The notes: generated by a model from the sequence alone, not told the origin. Positions 23,955 to 37,043 are shown, counted from the whole stretch's first letter. The stretch is 63,409 bases of DNA, filler included, from Pirum gemmata (GCA_002812295.1; 17 parts of 17 records of this genome joined end to end with filler, not necessarily neighbours in it); one strand, 5' to 3'. Program-made: numbers and translations.

Positions 23955-25463
23955 TTAAGCTATAGTCAGATATAAATCACCAACACACCAAATATAAATT
24001 AAGTAAACATTAACAATAATCATAAATGTTAAAATAACACACAAATTACCAATCCAGTCATTAAAAAACGGGGGCACACTTAAATTTCGTTTTTCAATAA
24101 CCCCCACAATAAAGTTTCTTCTTAAATGATAAATAATCGAGGCATACATGACAATCACATCAGAACATACAACCACTGCAGTTACTAAAGGTTTTACTTC
24201 TGATCGTAATTGTTCAGTGTCTTTTATATGTAAAAAGGCTAAGGCAAAAAAGGCCAACGTAATACCAAACTGAACATACCTCATGTACGTTCTTTCTGCG
24301 GCCATCATTACTTTCATATCAAATTTAAAACATTCTTCGCGAGCGTTGGTGAAAATGTTATACCCATGTTTCTGGGTAGCAGTGCGAGAGTTGGACCGGT
24401 TACTAAATGCATAACAACCTAACCCTCTCCCAATTTTTCTTTCTCTTAATGAATCAGATGAACTTTCCGGAGAGGTTCTAATCAAAGGTGCCAGTCCGTT
24501 GTTGTTGTTGTCGATAGTTAAGGCAGTGTTGAATTGGTCTTGAATTTGTTTCTTATTAGGGTTATTTACATCACCAATATTATTGTCCATAACTACAACA
24601 GTATTAGAGAAATCAGTATTACCTGCATGTCTTTGTTCGTCGACATCCTTATTGATATTTTCTTTTAACCATTCTTCAAGTGCTTCATAATAGTTAGGCT
24701 CTGGTTTTTTAACTTCTGGGTACAAAAGCATGCAGCCAGTGTTGTACTTGCTTACTTTTAACTTTGTACCTTGGTGCTGCTCTATGAGCTCTACTAACCA
24801 TTCAGGATTCTTCTTTTCCTCCCCTTCTTTAACCAGAACTTTAATTTCGATAACTGCGTATGGAAATACATGGTATTCTTTCGCCGTTTCCGGAATATTA
24901 GGATTACTAACACTAATATGTTCGTCTAGAGTAACGCGAAGTCCATCGAATTGAACATCCTCCGCGTTTAAAAAAGAAGTACGAAAGTAATCAGTTTGTA
25001 CTTTCGGTTTTAAGTTTAATTCATCAATCTTGCTTTGAAATTTGATTAAATTTTTGTATTGTTTGTCGTCAGGTTGAGAGCCATACAAGGCCCTTTTTTT
25101 GGTACTCTCTTTACCAGTGATGTCAGTATCCCGATGCCGTTTTCTTTCTAAAAAGCATGGGTTCCCCGTTTTATCATTATAATCACCATAGACACGAGTC
25201 CTATATAAATCGGCCTTGTCCGCTTTGTATACCCTTTGTTCGTACATGGTTAAGCCATCAGTATCAAAATAAACACTACTGTTTTTAACGGTATCAACGC
25301 CATCTACAAATTGCCCTTGGCCAGTTCTGAAAGGCGATATAGGTAAGATTTTTTGGAGTTCTTCAACAAAACTGGGTACATTGCATTGTTGCATGATAAA
25401 TTTTGTTGTTTTACGTACAATAGTACTGTTGCCTTTATCGGCTAATATTGGTTTTTGAGACAT
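23955..25463 (-). CDS. VTC4: VTC4-like polyphosphate polymerase (VTC catalytic domain + DUF202-type 3-TM domain), no SPX domain, intronless
   Basis: Motifs VRKTTKF, SVYFD, YRTRVYG, FLERKRHR, STKKR, TDYFRTSF, RVTLDE, FPYAVIEIK, KVSKYNTGC, and MAAERTYMRY followed by three TM helices. Confidence 0.88.
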   Translation of the reverse strand: MSQKPILADKGNSTIVRKTTKFIMQQCNVPSFVEELQKILPISPFRTGQGQFVDGVDTVKNSSVYFDTDGLTMYEQRVYKADKADLYRTRVYGDYNDKTGNPCFLERKRHRDTDITGKESTKKRALYGSQPDDKQYKNLIKFQSKIDELNLKPKVQTDYFRTSFLNAEDVQFDGLRVTLDEHISVSNPNIPETAKEYHVFPYAVIEIKVLVKEGEEKKNPEWLVELIEQHQGTKLKVSKYNTGCMLLYPEVKKPEPNYYEALEEWLKENINKDVDEQRHAGNTDFSNTVVVMDNNIGDVNNPNKKQIQDQFNTALTIDNNNNGLAPLIRTSPESSSDSLRERKIGRGLGCYAFSNRSNSRTATQKHGYNIFTNAREECFKFDMKVMMAAERTYMRYVQFGITLAFFALAFLHIKDTEQLRSEVKPLVTAVVVCSDVIVMYASIIYHLRRNFIVGVIEKRNLSVPPFFNDWIGNLCVILTFMIIVNVYLIYIWCVGDLYLTIA

Positions 25464-26032
25464 TATTGACTATTAAATAATGTTAGTATTGTTTATGGTG
25501 TGTTTTTATTATTATTATTGTTGTTATTATTGTTGTTAGCTATTGGTACTGTTATTATTATATAATTACTGTTATTTCTTGTTTTGTTTTTAATTTTCAG
25601 CATCAAGCCATGATAAAAACTAAAAACGAACTACAAACAAACAAACAAAAAAAACTACAAAAAAACAAAAACAAAAACAAAAACAAAAAACAAAAAATTA
25701 AAAATAAAATAAAAAAGCGAAACGAGATTTTTTAATTTTTTAATTTTTTTAATTTTTAATTTTTTGTTGTCTGATAAAGCTTCTATTTTATACAATATTA
25801 TCCTAAACTTCAAAAATTTATAAAAAAAAACATTTTAATTTTAATTATTATTATTATTATCTTATATTATTATTATTATATAATTATTATTATTTGCCAA
25901 AGTCTAACCCTTACCCCCACCAATCCCCACCCCTATTAACCCATTAACCCATTAGCCCCACTTCAAGCTTAACACCCAAATCCTAACAGTCCCGAATATC
26001 AGTCTCCATTAAAAACAAATATTATAGTTATA

Positions 26033-26068
<36 letters not shown>

Positions 26069-26861
26069 GATTAATTATATTAAATCAATAATTAATTTAA
26101 AGTTCATGGACAAAACTAATTTTTTATAAAGCAAACAAATTTAAAAAAGCCATAACCACAACAACAAAATCACAAACAATGACCAAAAAAGTACTAGNNN
26201 NNNNNNNNNNNNNNNNNNNNNNNNNNNNNNNNNNNNNNNNNTTAATTAATTAANNNNNNNNNNNNNNNNNNNNNNNNNNNNNNNNNNNNNNNNNNNNGGG
26301 TTATAATCTTTAAATTGATAATTTTAAATCAATATACAGATAAAAAAATATACCAAATTAGTTTAAATGAATTTAAATTATAATAAATTGGTACTATTTA
26401 TTGTATTGACTTTATAATGACAAAATAAATGAAAAGCACAATAATAGTGTTGATAAGAGTAGTCTAGTGTGAGAAAGTCACTGAAAAGTGAAAAGAAAAA
26501 TTTAATAAAAAAAAAATGAAAAGAACTATTTCTGGCTCGAAAAATTCAAACAAGGTGTTTAATTAGATTCAGCCTTAATTTAATTCGACTCGAACCTCAA
26601 AAAAAATTAAAACTTTTTTTTTTGTGGTACTGGGCGCCCGGTTGATTTTTAACGTTGGTTGTTGTTTGTTATATGAACTTGTTGGTGTTTGTTATATTAT
26701 TATTAATAATAAGTCATTTTTTTATTTTTTATAATTAATTTACTATATTATTCTTGCATTATCATCTTCAATATCCAAACTATCCTCTATAAGAAAACTT
26801 AATAATTGTTTGTTGTTTGTTGTTTATTATAATAACTAATACTAATTCTTTTATTCGTAAT

Positions 26862-29696
26862 TTACAATATACTTGCAATATCATCTTCGATATCAACACT
26901 ATTTTGAAAAGCAGAATCCAAATCACAAATACTCTCTGTATCCGTGGAAAGACTTATATCACAATCAAATGTATTCAAACTCATTTGGCTATCTCTTTTA
27001 TGCAAGTCCCCAGCTTTCTTAGAATTAGTAGTCCACATTTTAAAGAAGGACACTGGTTCCTCGTCATCATCTTGAGCTTTTTTCTTAAAAACAGTTGCAG
27101 CTTTGTCATCATTTAAATTAGAAATATATATTTTACTTAATGCGAATCTTAACAAGTTATAACTCAACAAACCTGTCAGTAGCGATACAATAACTAAAAT
27201 ATAAGAAAATCCAATCGCGCATTCTCCAGGATTAAAGTAAGATGTGTCCGGTCCACACATCGGCGAGCCGTTTTCATTGGTGGTTTTTAACATTTCTTTC
27301 ATTGCTGCTGTGCCGTTTGCTCTTATTGCATCGCGATTTATTTCGGAAGGAATTAGTGCTTCCCACCACCCTATTTGATAGGCTGTCAAGCTTTCGAAAC
27401 TAAAAGGAAACAGTAACACTCCAGCCAATAAGGCAGTACAACCAATCCAGGAATAAATAACTGTAACACTGTACGTACGACTCTTACTTGGAGATATGAA
27501 TGAATAAAACAAAGAAACTAAGTTTAAAATAAACATAAACGAAGCAGAGAGAGTTAATATTACTGCAAACGACCAAGTTTTGTTAGGCGTGTCCCATAGA
27601 ACATTGCTACCCCATAACACAACTTCGCTTGTAAACTTAGGACCGTGGTACTGGTATTCTAAAAACAATAAACCGTAATTAACTTTTACTTCACCTTCAT
27701 GTCTTTTTTCAAATAAAGCCGCAGTGTAGTTTGTAATAGAGTGGTTATATAATAATGGTAGTTGACCAGGGATGGCTTGGGTCTTGTAGTTGTTTTTGGC
27801 TGGAATTCTAAGCACTTTGTTTTTGCTATTACAGACACCGTTTCCTAAACAAACGCCAATGGTTATGTTTAGTGTATAACTAGCAAATGGAGTAATCTTT
27901 TCCTGTTTAACTTCACTTCCTACCACGCTTTTTGTTTCTAAGGTTAAGGTTTGAATTGTTTCGTTATAGTAGTACTCTGATGCTGTGTAACCTTGTTGTA
28001 CAAAAGAGTTTCCAAATGTATTTGCAATGTCGACAGAATTGAGAGGGAGGTTGTAAATGGAAATACTTGTGAAACTTGTTTTTGTGGTTAGCCTGTATAT
28101 TTGTTCTGGCGTGGTGGTGGCGTTGTAGGGGGTGATGATTATTGGTTTCGGGCTTTCGTTATTGCCATCTGTTTTGGGAAAAATACAATAATATTAATTA
28201 ATATTAGTAATGATTTATATATATATAATAATATTATTAACATTAAAACATTTAACATTATCATTAAATATTATAATAATAAGTGTAGTAATAAATAAAT
28301 AGAATAAAATAAATAAAATAAATACCTTGCCAAATTGTCTCTGTCACATTTAGAACTGTTTCAGTATAACGAGGAACATGTACTTCTAAAGTAGTGGTTA
28401 ACCAGTGTGTAGTAAAAACGCCACCTAATAATAATCCAAGCGTAATACAATACAATACTGTACTTAGAACTTTAAGATGCGATTTTTTAAAGTTTTCAAA
28501 AAACGAAGACATTGTATGATCTGCACAAAACAAATAATAAAAAAACGACAAAATTTGCTGCATAATGGAAATGGAGATGATAGCTGTAGAAACATAAACC
28601 AAAGTAGTAACATTATCAATAAACAAAACAAAAGAAGCAATAATCCCACAATTCAACAACACAATAAAAGCAAGAAATACAAAACTCTTAATCTTCAAGG
28701 AAGTTTTGAGATTTTTTTTTGCTTTGATTTCGGACACATCAGCATCACTGGGACGATTACCCCATGACAAATCCCAGGTTCTCGATAGAGAGTAAGCCAT
28801 AAACCAAGGTACGAAAGTTGGCAGAAATAAAAAAAATGGAAGAAAGTTGAACATCATCATAAAAAATACATCCAAACTATGCAATAAAGCTAATGCAAAT
28901 GGAAAAAACATACTCATACACATTACTGCTATAACAAGTGTACTTTGGTTTATGAAAGTTGTTAGAGTCATTGCCAACACAAAGAAAAACATAACTGTAT
29001 TCCATCCCAAAATAATGTTATACATAGAATGTATAAATTTATAAAAATAATGACCAAAACAAAATGTAATATACAAAACACCATATATTCCTAACACTCC
29101 ATACGCTAACCATTGCGAAAGGGCACCCGCAAAATTGACTTGCAGAACCGAATAATAACATAACGTTATAAACACGGCTGGTGCAGCTGCACTAATTATA
29201 TACAACAAACACTGAATAAGAATTTGCGAGTAAATCACAATTTTAAAAAATATATTATGTTTTGGTGCCCGAAAAATCAGACCAGGTACCATAAACAGTA
29301 GATATATGTAACACGCAAAAGTCCCATTAGTCCAGCGTCGCCTTTGTGCTAAAAATTTCTCCGATTCTGTTTCCGCTTCAAAATAAAATATGGCCGACGG
29401 CACCCAACGCGTGTATTTTCCCGTTTTCAGAGCAGCAGCATAGGACAAAATACGATCTTCGGCCAAAAGTAAATTACCTTGCATTATACCATTCTCTGCT
29501 GTTGTGTTGTTGATAAAATCCATGTAATAATCAAGACATGGGCCGCTGATATCACTCATTCTATACATACCACAAGGACCCGGGATTACCGGTAACATAC
29601 CACACAAACTGAAAGCTCCTTGAAAAGCTGAAATGGAAGATTCGTAGTCAAAAGCTTGCGCGGAACGGTACCACATTGCAAGTAACCCTTCACTTT
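26862..29696 (-). CDS. CHS: Chitin synthase (GT2, division-1-like), 5'-truncated by the contig end, fused to a C-terminal LHFPL/claudin-like tetraspan domain. Exons 29696-28326 and 28168-26862; possible extra terminal exon 26786-26743
   Basis: PVIPGPCGMYR, LAEDRILS, EAET, QRRRWTNG, WDLSWGNRP; a 157-bp phase-1 GT..CAG intron (28325-28169) joins in frame to the 354-aa ORF carrying LLFPF..MCG..YFNPGECAIGFSY. Confidence 0.9.
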
Positions 29697-30149
29697 CTGT
29701 GTTATGATTATTATTGTATTGAATTTTAAATTTGTACAAAGGATTAATATGTGTTATCATGATTAGAATAGATTAATATTGTATTATTAAAAGTTGTAAA
29801 TAATTAATTATAATATTAAATTTTCATTTATAAACATAGTAATACATAATATACAATCAACAGATTTAATACCTAGCCCTAACTTCCAACCCCTAACCTA
29901 ACCCCTAACCACTAACCACTAACCCCTAACCCCTANNNNNNNNNNNNNNNNNNNNNNNNNNNNNNNNNNNNNNNNNNNNTTAATTAATTAANNNNNNNNN
30001 NNNNNNNNNNNNNNNNNNNNNNNNNNNNNNNNNNNCTACTACTACTACTACTACTACCACTACTAATAATAATAATAATAATAATAATAATAAGTATTAT
30101 TAGTACTATTAGTACTACTAATTTCTGAAAATGATAAGGACGACATTAC

Positions 30150-30220
30150 CTGTTCAATATAGGGATAATGCTGTCAGTAGCAGAACTACCAATGTTTAAT
30201 AGCTTAAAGAGAATCCCCAT
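30150..30220 (-). CDS. Probable first coding exon of an unidentified gene (MGILFKLLNIGSSATDSIIPILN)
   Basis: AAAG-ATG start, open frame, AG|GTAATG donor, followed by simple repeats to the contig end. Confidence 0.35.
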
Positions 30221-30258
30221 CTTTGCTGGTTTCAATTAATTTCTCTTCTCAGGTTGTT

Positions 30259-30290
<32 letters not shown>

Positions 30291-31035
30291 CTTGTTTTTG
30301 AGACAGTAGGGTTTTTGAGGCTGTTCTTGTCTTTTTGTTTTTATTTTGTGTGGGTGTTTGGTACTGTGGGTGTTTGGTTTTTTTTTTTTTATTTTATTTT
30401 ATTTTGTTGGTATTGAGTAATTTTTCCCGCTTTTATACTTTTTTTGTTGTTGTTGTTGAACTTGTTGGGGAGCCAATTTCCAGTCAAATACAGCTTCAAA
30501 TACCCACTACCTACCTACCCCTCGACGTTAATTTCTGGTCAAATACCACCTACCAACCTACCCCTTGACGTGACTTATTATTTCAACGCTCCCTTGGTGT
30601 TTGGAAGTAATAATTTTTCAACTAATTTTTCTCAAGTGCAAGCAATGTAAAAACGTCCAACTTTTGGGGTTCACTAGAATTTTAAGTTTTCGAACATTAC
30701 TAATTTAATAAGTATTTGATAGATTTGAAATTTTCAAAAATGAAAAAAAAAAAAGTGAAGTAAAAAAAAGTAGGGTGTCTTTAGTCTTTTAGGTAGTTTT
30801 ATCGTGCTTTCCAGTTGTTTTGTAATCAAAAATATACAATAAAAAGTACCAAATTAATACAATAAAATCCATTTTATTTAATTTGGTACATTTTATTATC
30901 TATGTATTCATTTAAAAAAGTCAATTTAAATATTATAACCAACCAAATAAATATTTGGAGTGGCAAAATAAATGAAAAGCACAAAGTGCTTTTCAGTAGT
31001 TTTTCAGTCAGGTTTTTCAGTGTTTTGTCATCATA

Positions 31036-31353
31036 AATGACCAAATAAGAACATAATACTACATACCAAATTATATTTTTTTAATACCAATATGTTTAAT
31101 TTGGTAGCATTTATTAATATTATTTGAAAATTTAAAAATACCTATTAAAAATTATTCCAAAAAAGATATAAATAGACTTTCAATAAAATCGACAGATCAA
31201 TCACTACTCCCCCTACTCTCCTAACCCTAACCCTAACGCTAAAACCCTCAACAACCCTAACTCTAAGCCTAACCCTAACCCTACGAGTATCAGATAGTAG
31301 ACCTGGCCATCATTATCATCATCATCATCATCATCATTATCATCATTATCATT

Positions 31354-31385
<32 letters not shown>

Positions 31386-32387
31386 TAATCGTTTATCATA
31401 ATCATTTAAATCATAATCATTAGGAAATTTATCATCATTTATCATCATCGTCGTCATCATTATCGTTATCCTCATTGTCATCATCATTAACATTATAATT
31501 AACATCATCATTATCGCCATTATTTTTCAATTTAAATATTATAAACCTCCAAATAAATAATCAGAGTATAGGAGTTTTTACTGTTTTTTCTGCAGGTTTT
31601 TTTTTTTGTTTTTTTTTGTGTTTTGTTTTTTAATTTTTGGTATTTTAGTATTACTATTACTATTACTTATTATTATTAGTAGTTGATTATTATTATTAAA
31701 TTCTATTACTATTAATATTACTATTACTATTACTATTACAAATTAATTAATATTACTAAATAATTAATGTTATTATTAATATTAATATTATATAATTACT
31801 AGTACTAGTATTATTATATTACTATTATTATTACTATTATTAATTGTATATATATGATGATATTAAATATGATAATAATAATGACAATGATGATGATAAT
31901 TACGATGATCATGATGATGAATGATGATGATGATGGTGATCATGATGACAATAACGGCGATAATGATGATGTTAATGATGATGACGATGAGGATAATGAT
32001 AATGGTGACGACGATGATGATAAATAATGATAAATGATTAATGATAAATGATTAACGATGATAATGATGATAATGATGATAATGATGATAATGATGATAA
32101 TGATGATGAATGATAATGATGATGATGATGAATGATAATGATGATGATGATGATGGCCATGTCTACTATCTGATACTGTTAGGCTTAGTGTTACAGTTGT
32201 TGAGGGTTTTAGGGTAGTGATTGATCTGTCGATTTTAAAAGTCTATTTATATCTTTTTCGGAATAATTTTAAAAAAAAATAGGTATTTTTAAATTTTCAA
32301 ATAATATTAATAAATGCTACCAAATTAAACATATTGGTATTATAAAATATAATTTGGTATGTAGAATTATGTTCTTATTTGGTCATT
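31036..32387. repeat. Long imperfect inverted repeat (foldback); arms about 31036-31523 and 31951-32387
   Basis: AATGACCAAATAAGAACATAAT...GTATCAGATAGTAGACCTGGCC(ATC)n is mirrored by (GAT)nGGCCATGTCTACTATCTGATAC...ATTATGTTCTTATTTGGTCATT. Confidence 0.9.
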
Positions 32388-33613
32388 CCATTTTTTTTCT
32401 TTTTACTAATTTGTTATTTTAGTTTTCTTAAATTGGTATTAAATTCCTGAAGATACTTCTAAATATGGTTTTTTTTCTTTTCTTGATGTCAGTAACCAAA
32501 CTAAGTCTTGCCCAGTGTTGTTGCCTATGTGCTTTTCAGTTTTGTCATCATAAAATATACAATAAAAAGTACCAAATTAATACAATATAGATCCATTTAA
32601 TTTAATTTGGTGTGATTAATTATCTATTTATTAATTTAAAAATGTCAATTTAAATATTATAACCAACCAAATAAACAATATAAATGTAAACTAGACTAGA
32701 CTCTAGTAGCTGACTAGCTGGTAGATAGTATCGATAGACTATCATGCTTTTCAGTAATATTTTGTAGTCATAAAATATACAATAAATAGTACCAAATTAA
32801 TACAATATCAATCCATTTAAATTAATTAGGTATATTTTATTATCTATTTATTAATTTAAAAATGCCAATTTAAAGATTTATAACCTACCAAATAAATATT
32901 CCGAGCAGATTTCGAGAGTGATTTTTCCACGTGGGAAAATTGGGAATAAATATCGTCTAAACTATTTCATTACAGTTGTCCACTCATTCTTTAATTCGGT
33001 ACTGTTTAAGTGTATAATTGAACTTTTTTATAAATACAACATTTTAAGTATAAAATACCAAATTAATTAAAACATGCCCGATAGTTTAACTATTATAATA
33101 ATTTGGCATGTTTTAAATTTATTTCAGTTTTTGATGAGATCATTTAGGACTCATGGTAGTCTAGTCTATCGTGCAATTCATTTATTTTATCACTCTGAAT
33201 ATTTATTTGGAGGGTTAAAATCTTAAAATTGACATTTTTAAATCAATATATAGATAATAAAATATGCCAAATTAAATTAAAAGGATGTATATTGTGTTAA
33301 TTTGGTACTATTTATTGTATATTTTATGATGACAAAACAAATGAAAAACACTTGTCTATATCGATAAGAAAACATTCATATTATAAAGGACGTGATAAAA
33401 GGCATTGCTCGAAAGCGTGACTTAAAGTCTTATTAAACTGTTTTGGGCAGTAATAAACTTTAAAATTATGACCAAAAGTGTTTTGGACAAAGCAGCATAG
33501 GTAAGATTAGGTGACGCCCTTTTTATGGATGATTCCTATACATTTTTGCAACGAATAATTAATTTTCTTACCCCCTACTAGCTAGTAGCTAGAACTATCA
33601 CCCCAAAGGCAAG

Positions 33614-33647
<34 letters not shown>

Positions 33648-35142
33648 CGNNNNNNNNNNNNNNNNNNNNNNNNNNNNNNNNNNNNNNNNNNNNTTAATTA
33701 ATTAANNNNNNNNNNNNNNNNNNNNNNNNNNNNNNNNNNNNNNNNNNNNCTAACCCTAACCCTAACTAACCCTAACCCTAAAACCCTAAAACCCTAACCC
33801 TAGCTAGCTAGCTAGCTAGTCTAGACTGTAGTCTATCAGAGCTCTAGCTAGCTAGGCAGCCCACTAGCCCACTATCTTTTTTTGTTGAATTAAAGGAGCC
33901 AATCTGTGGCTACATAATGACTTATTAATAGTACTTTATTTGTTATTTTGGATACTTTTTTGAAAAATCAAAAATAAAAAATACCTATTTAATCAATTCG
34001 TTTGATTTGATCTTTTCGGTTTTGACTAGACTAATTTTGAGCGAAGAATAGTCTATTTTCATTGGTTATTTTTCACAGCTGTTTATAGACTATCCTGAGC
34101 TGTTTATTGTTATTAGATTGTTATTATTATTATTATTTTTTTTTTAAAATTATTTTTTTAACATCCGGATAAAACTACAGAAATCTTTTTTTTTTTTTAG
34201 ACTTCTTTTCTAAAAACCTTTAATTATAACTAGCCAAATTATTTTTAAAAACTGGCCATTGGTTCATAATAGAGTTTTATTAATAGTACTTTATTAATTA
34301 AAATTGGAAGATTTTAATATTTCGTCAGATTTCGGTGGATGTTGCAATTTTATCCGGCATGAATGTTAAAAAAAAAAAAAATTTAAAATTTTTATTTTTA
34401 CTGTATTTTTTATTGTTCTTGTTTTTATATAGACTAGCATGATTTATCTGATTTACGATAGTTGGTATCAATAATATTATCGATAGTAATAATAGGGTGA
34501 TAATAGTAATAGTAATAGCAAAAGAGTAGACAAATAACAATAGCAATAGTAATAGTGATAGTCATACATAGTCATAGTAATAGTAATAGTAATAATAATA
34601 ATAATAATAAATAGTAATAGTAATAGTAATAGTAATAGTAATAGTAATAGTAATAGTAATAGTAATAGTAATAGTAATGGTTATGGTTAGGGTGGGCTGC
34701 AATAATATTATATATTTTTTCTCAAAAATCATGATTTTTTAATAATAATTACCATATTAAGGTATTTGTAATATAATAAAAAAATCACAAATATCATGAA
34801 TTTTTTATTTCCTTTGACTTGGTTCTATATAATAATTTTAATATATACTCATGGTTTTCTAGGTTTTCACACTTTTGCTCCAACTGTTTATTGACAATAA
34901 CAACCCACCAACCAAACCAAACCAAACACAACAAACAAAGCGTAACAACACTATCCACCACCACCACAAACCACGTTTTATATTTCAGTTGTTCCCAAGG
35001 TTATTATTATTATTATTACATTTTTATTTATTTATTAATTTAAAACCTAGTTACTCTTTTTGTTAGTTTTGTATACAATAAGAGTTTATTTGTTTTCATT
35101 TTTTTGTTTTCATTATTATAACCATCTTCTTGCTGTTTTAGA

Positions 35143-35391
35143 ATGCCTGTTAATAATAAAAATGAAATACCCGTGTCTTCGGGAAGTGAGTTCGAGAATA
35201 TTGTAGATGAAAATGATGAACAAAATAAAAATAATAAGGGTTATTATATACATAATTGTCGCCGTATACGTGGTTTCGAGTGTCCCTTGCATTGTTCTCA
35301 AGTCTTGGTCAGTATTGTGATAACCATACTAGTCACAACTATGTTATTCTTATGTTTTACGAAGTTGCTACAGAAAAGGAATTATCAAATG
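35143..35391 (+). CDS. First exon of a probable ZDHHC1/ZDHHC11-like palmitoyltransferase
   Basis: RRIRGFECPLHCSQV plus a TM helix resembles the RxxG(W/F)xxPLHxxQ N-terminal motif of this subfamily; ATG|GTAAGC donor at 35392; no DHHC exon found on the contig. Confidence 0.55.
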
Positions 35392-35572
35392 GTAAGCACA
35401 TTGATCAAGTTATAACTTTACTTAAAACCATAACTATTTACAAGTATTACCAAAGCCAAACACATTTTAAATCTATGTTTAATTATTACACTAACGACAA
35501 CAATAATATTACCTAGCACTAGTAACAACAACAATAATTGATAAAAATGACACTACTACTACCACTACTACT

Positions 35573-35667
<95 letters not shown>

Positions 35668-36480
35668 TTTCTTCTACCATAACAGTAACAACAATAATAG
35701 CAGTAAAAATAACAATAACAATAACAATAACAATAACAATAACAATAACAATAACAATAATAATAATAATAATAATAACAATAACAATAACAATAACAAT
35801 AACAATAACAATANAATAACAATAACAATAACAATAACAATAACAATAACAATAACAATAACAATAACAATAACAATAGCAATAACAATTGTCGTTTTTT
35901 TCATCTTTCTTCTGAAGTTTTATTTTTCTTTTTTTCTTCTTCTCTTCTTCTTTTTCGATTTTTCGCTGCACGTCGGCCATTATATCTTTACTCGGCAAGA
36001 ACTTCCCTGAAGAACTTCCCAAGTTCCCAACCAGCTGGCTGGTAGAGCTGCTGGCAGCTACTTAGTATTATGTATTATGTATTTGTCTTTCACTTACATT
36101 TAAAAAAGTATTTCACTTAATTCTTTGTTTGATTTGTTTTTATTTGCTTTCATATACTGGTAATTTAAAAAAGTTAATTTTTTATATTATGTTGTTTAAT
36201 AGACTATAATTGACTATAATAGTATTAATATACACACACATTAGACTAAAAATAAAAATAAAAAAAAATGTTACAACAAGTTGCTTTAGGAGTTTAGAAG
36301 TATGATATCAATATCGGTAGAAATAAATAATCTTAGCTAGCTACTGTTCAGGGGTTGATCATAGAAATATAATAATATCATAGTCAATATCATAATTAGT
36401 CAGGTGTAAACTACTATTACTCCTGATTACTACTACTAATACTACCAGTACTATTACTATCAATGATACTACTATTATCA

Positions 36481-36524
<44 letters not shown>

Positions 36525-36525
36525 T

Positions 36526-36626
<101 letters not shown>

Positions 36627-36681
36627 CAGATTACTGATCTAGCATGTTATAAAACATGTAAATCTATACAACAGGATTTTC

Positions 36682-37043
36682 TTATGATTCAACGATTTCA
36701 AAAATGTAGAAAATCGGCTATAACACATAACCAGTTAAATTTGAAAACTTTTAGAATTCCTTCTGATGAATTAAAAAAAAATCGAAACTGTTCTCAACCA
36801 ACTAAACACACATACCCATCGTGGCAACTGTGAGGAAGGGTGTCCTTGTGAATGTTGTACATAAAATTTAAACATTCACAAGGACACCCTTCCTCACAGT
36901 TGCCACTATCGGTATGAGTGTTTAGTTGGTTGTGAACAGTTTTGAATTTTTTTAATTCATCAGGACGAATTCTAAAAGCTTTCAAATTCAACTGGTCATG
37001 TGTTAGAGTCGATTTTCCACATTTTGAAATCGTTGTACCATAA
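36682..37043. repeat. ~360-bp palindrome/hairpin
   Basis: Perfect 36-bp stem 36821-36856 / 36871-36906 with a 14-nt loop; imperfect arms extend about 140 bp further on each side. Confidence 0.92.

Noticed and set aside
35890..36022. MGSSSGK... myristoylated-looking ORF start
   Set aside because: The start codon is TTG rather than ATG, and the frame runs into a microsatellite
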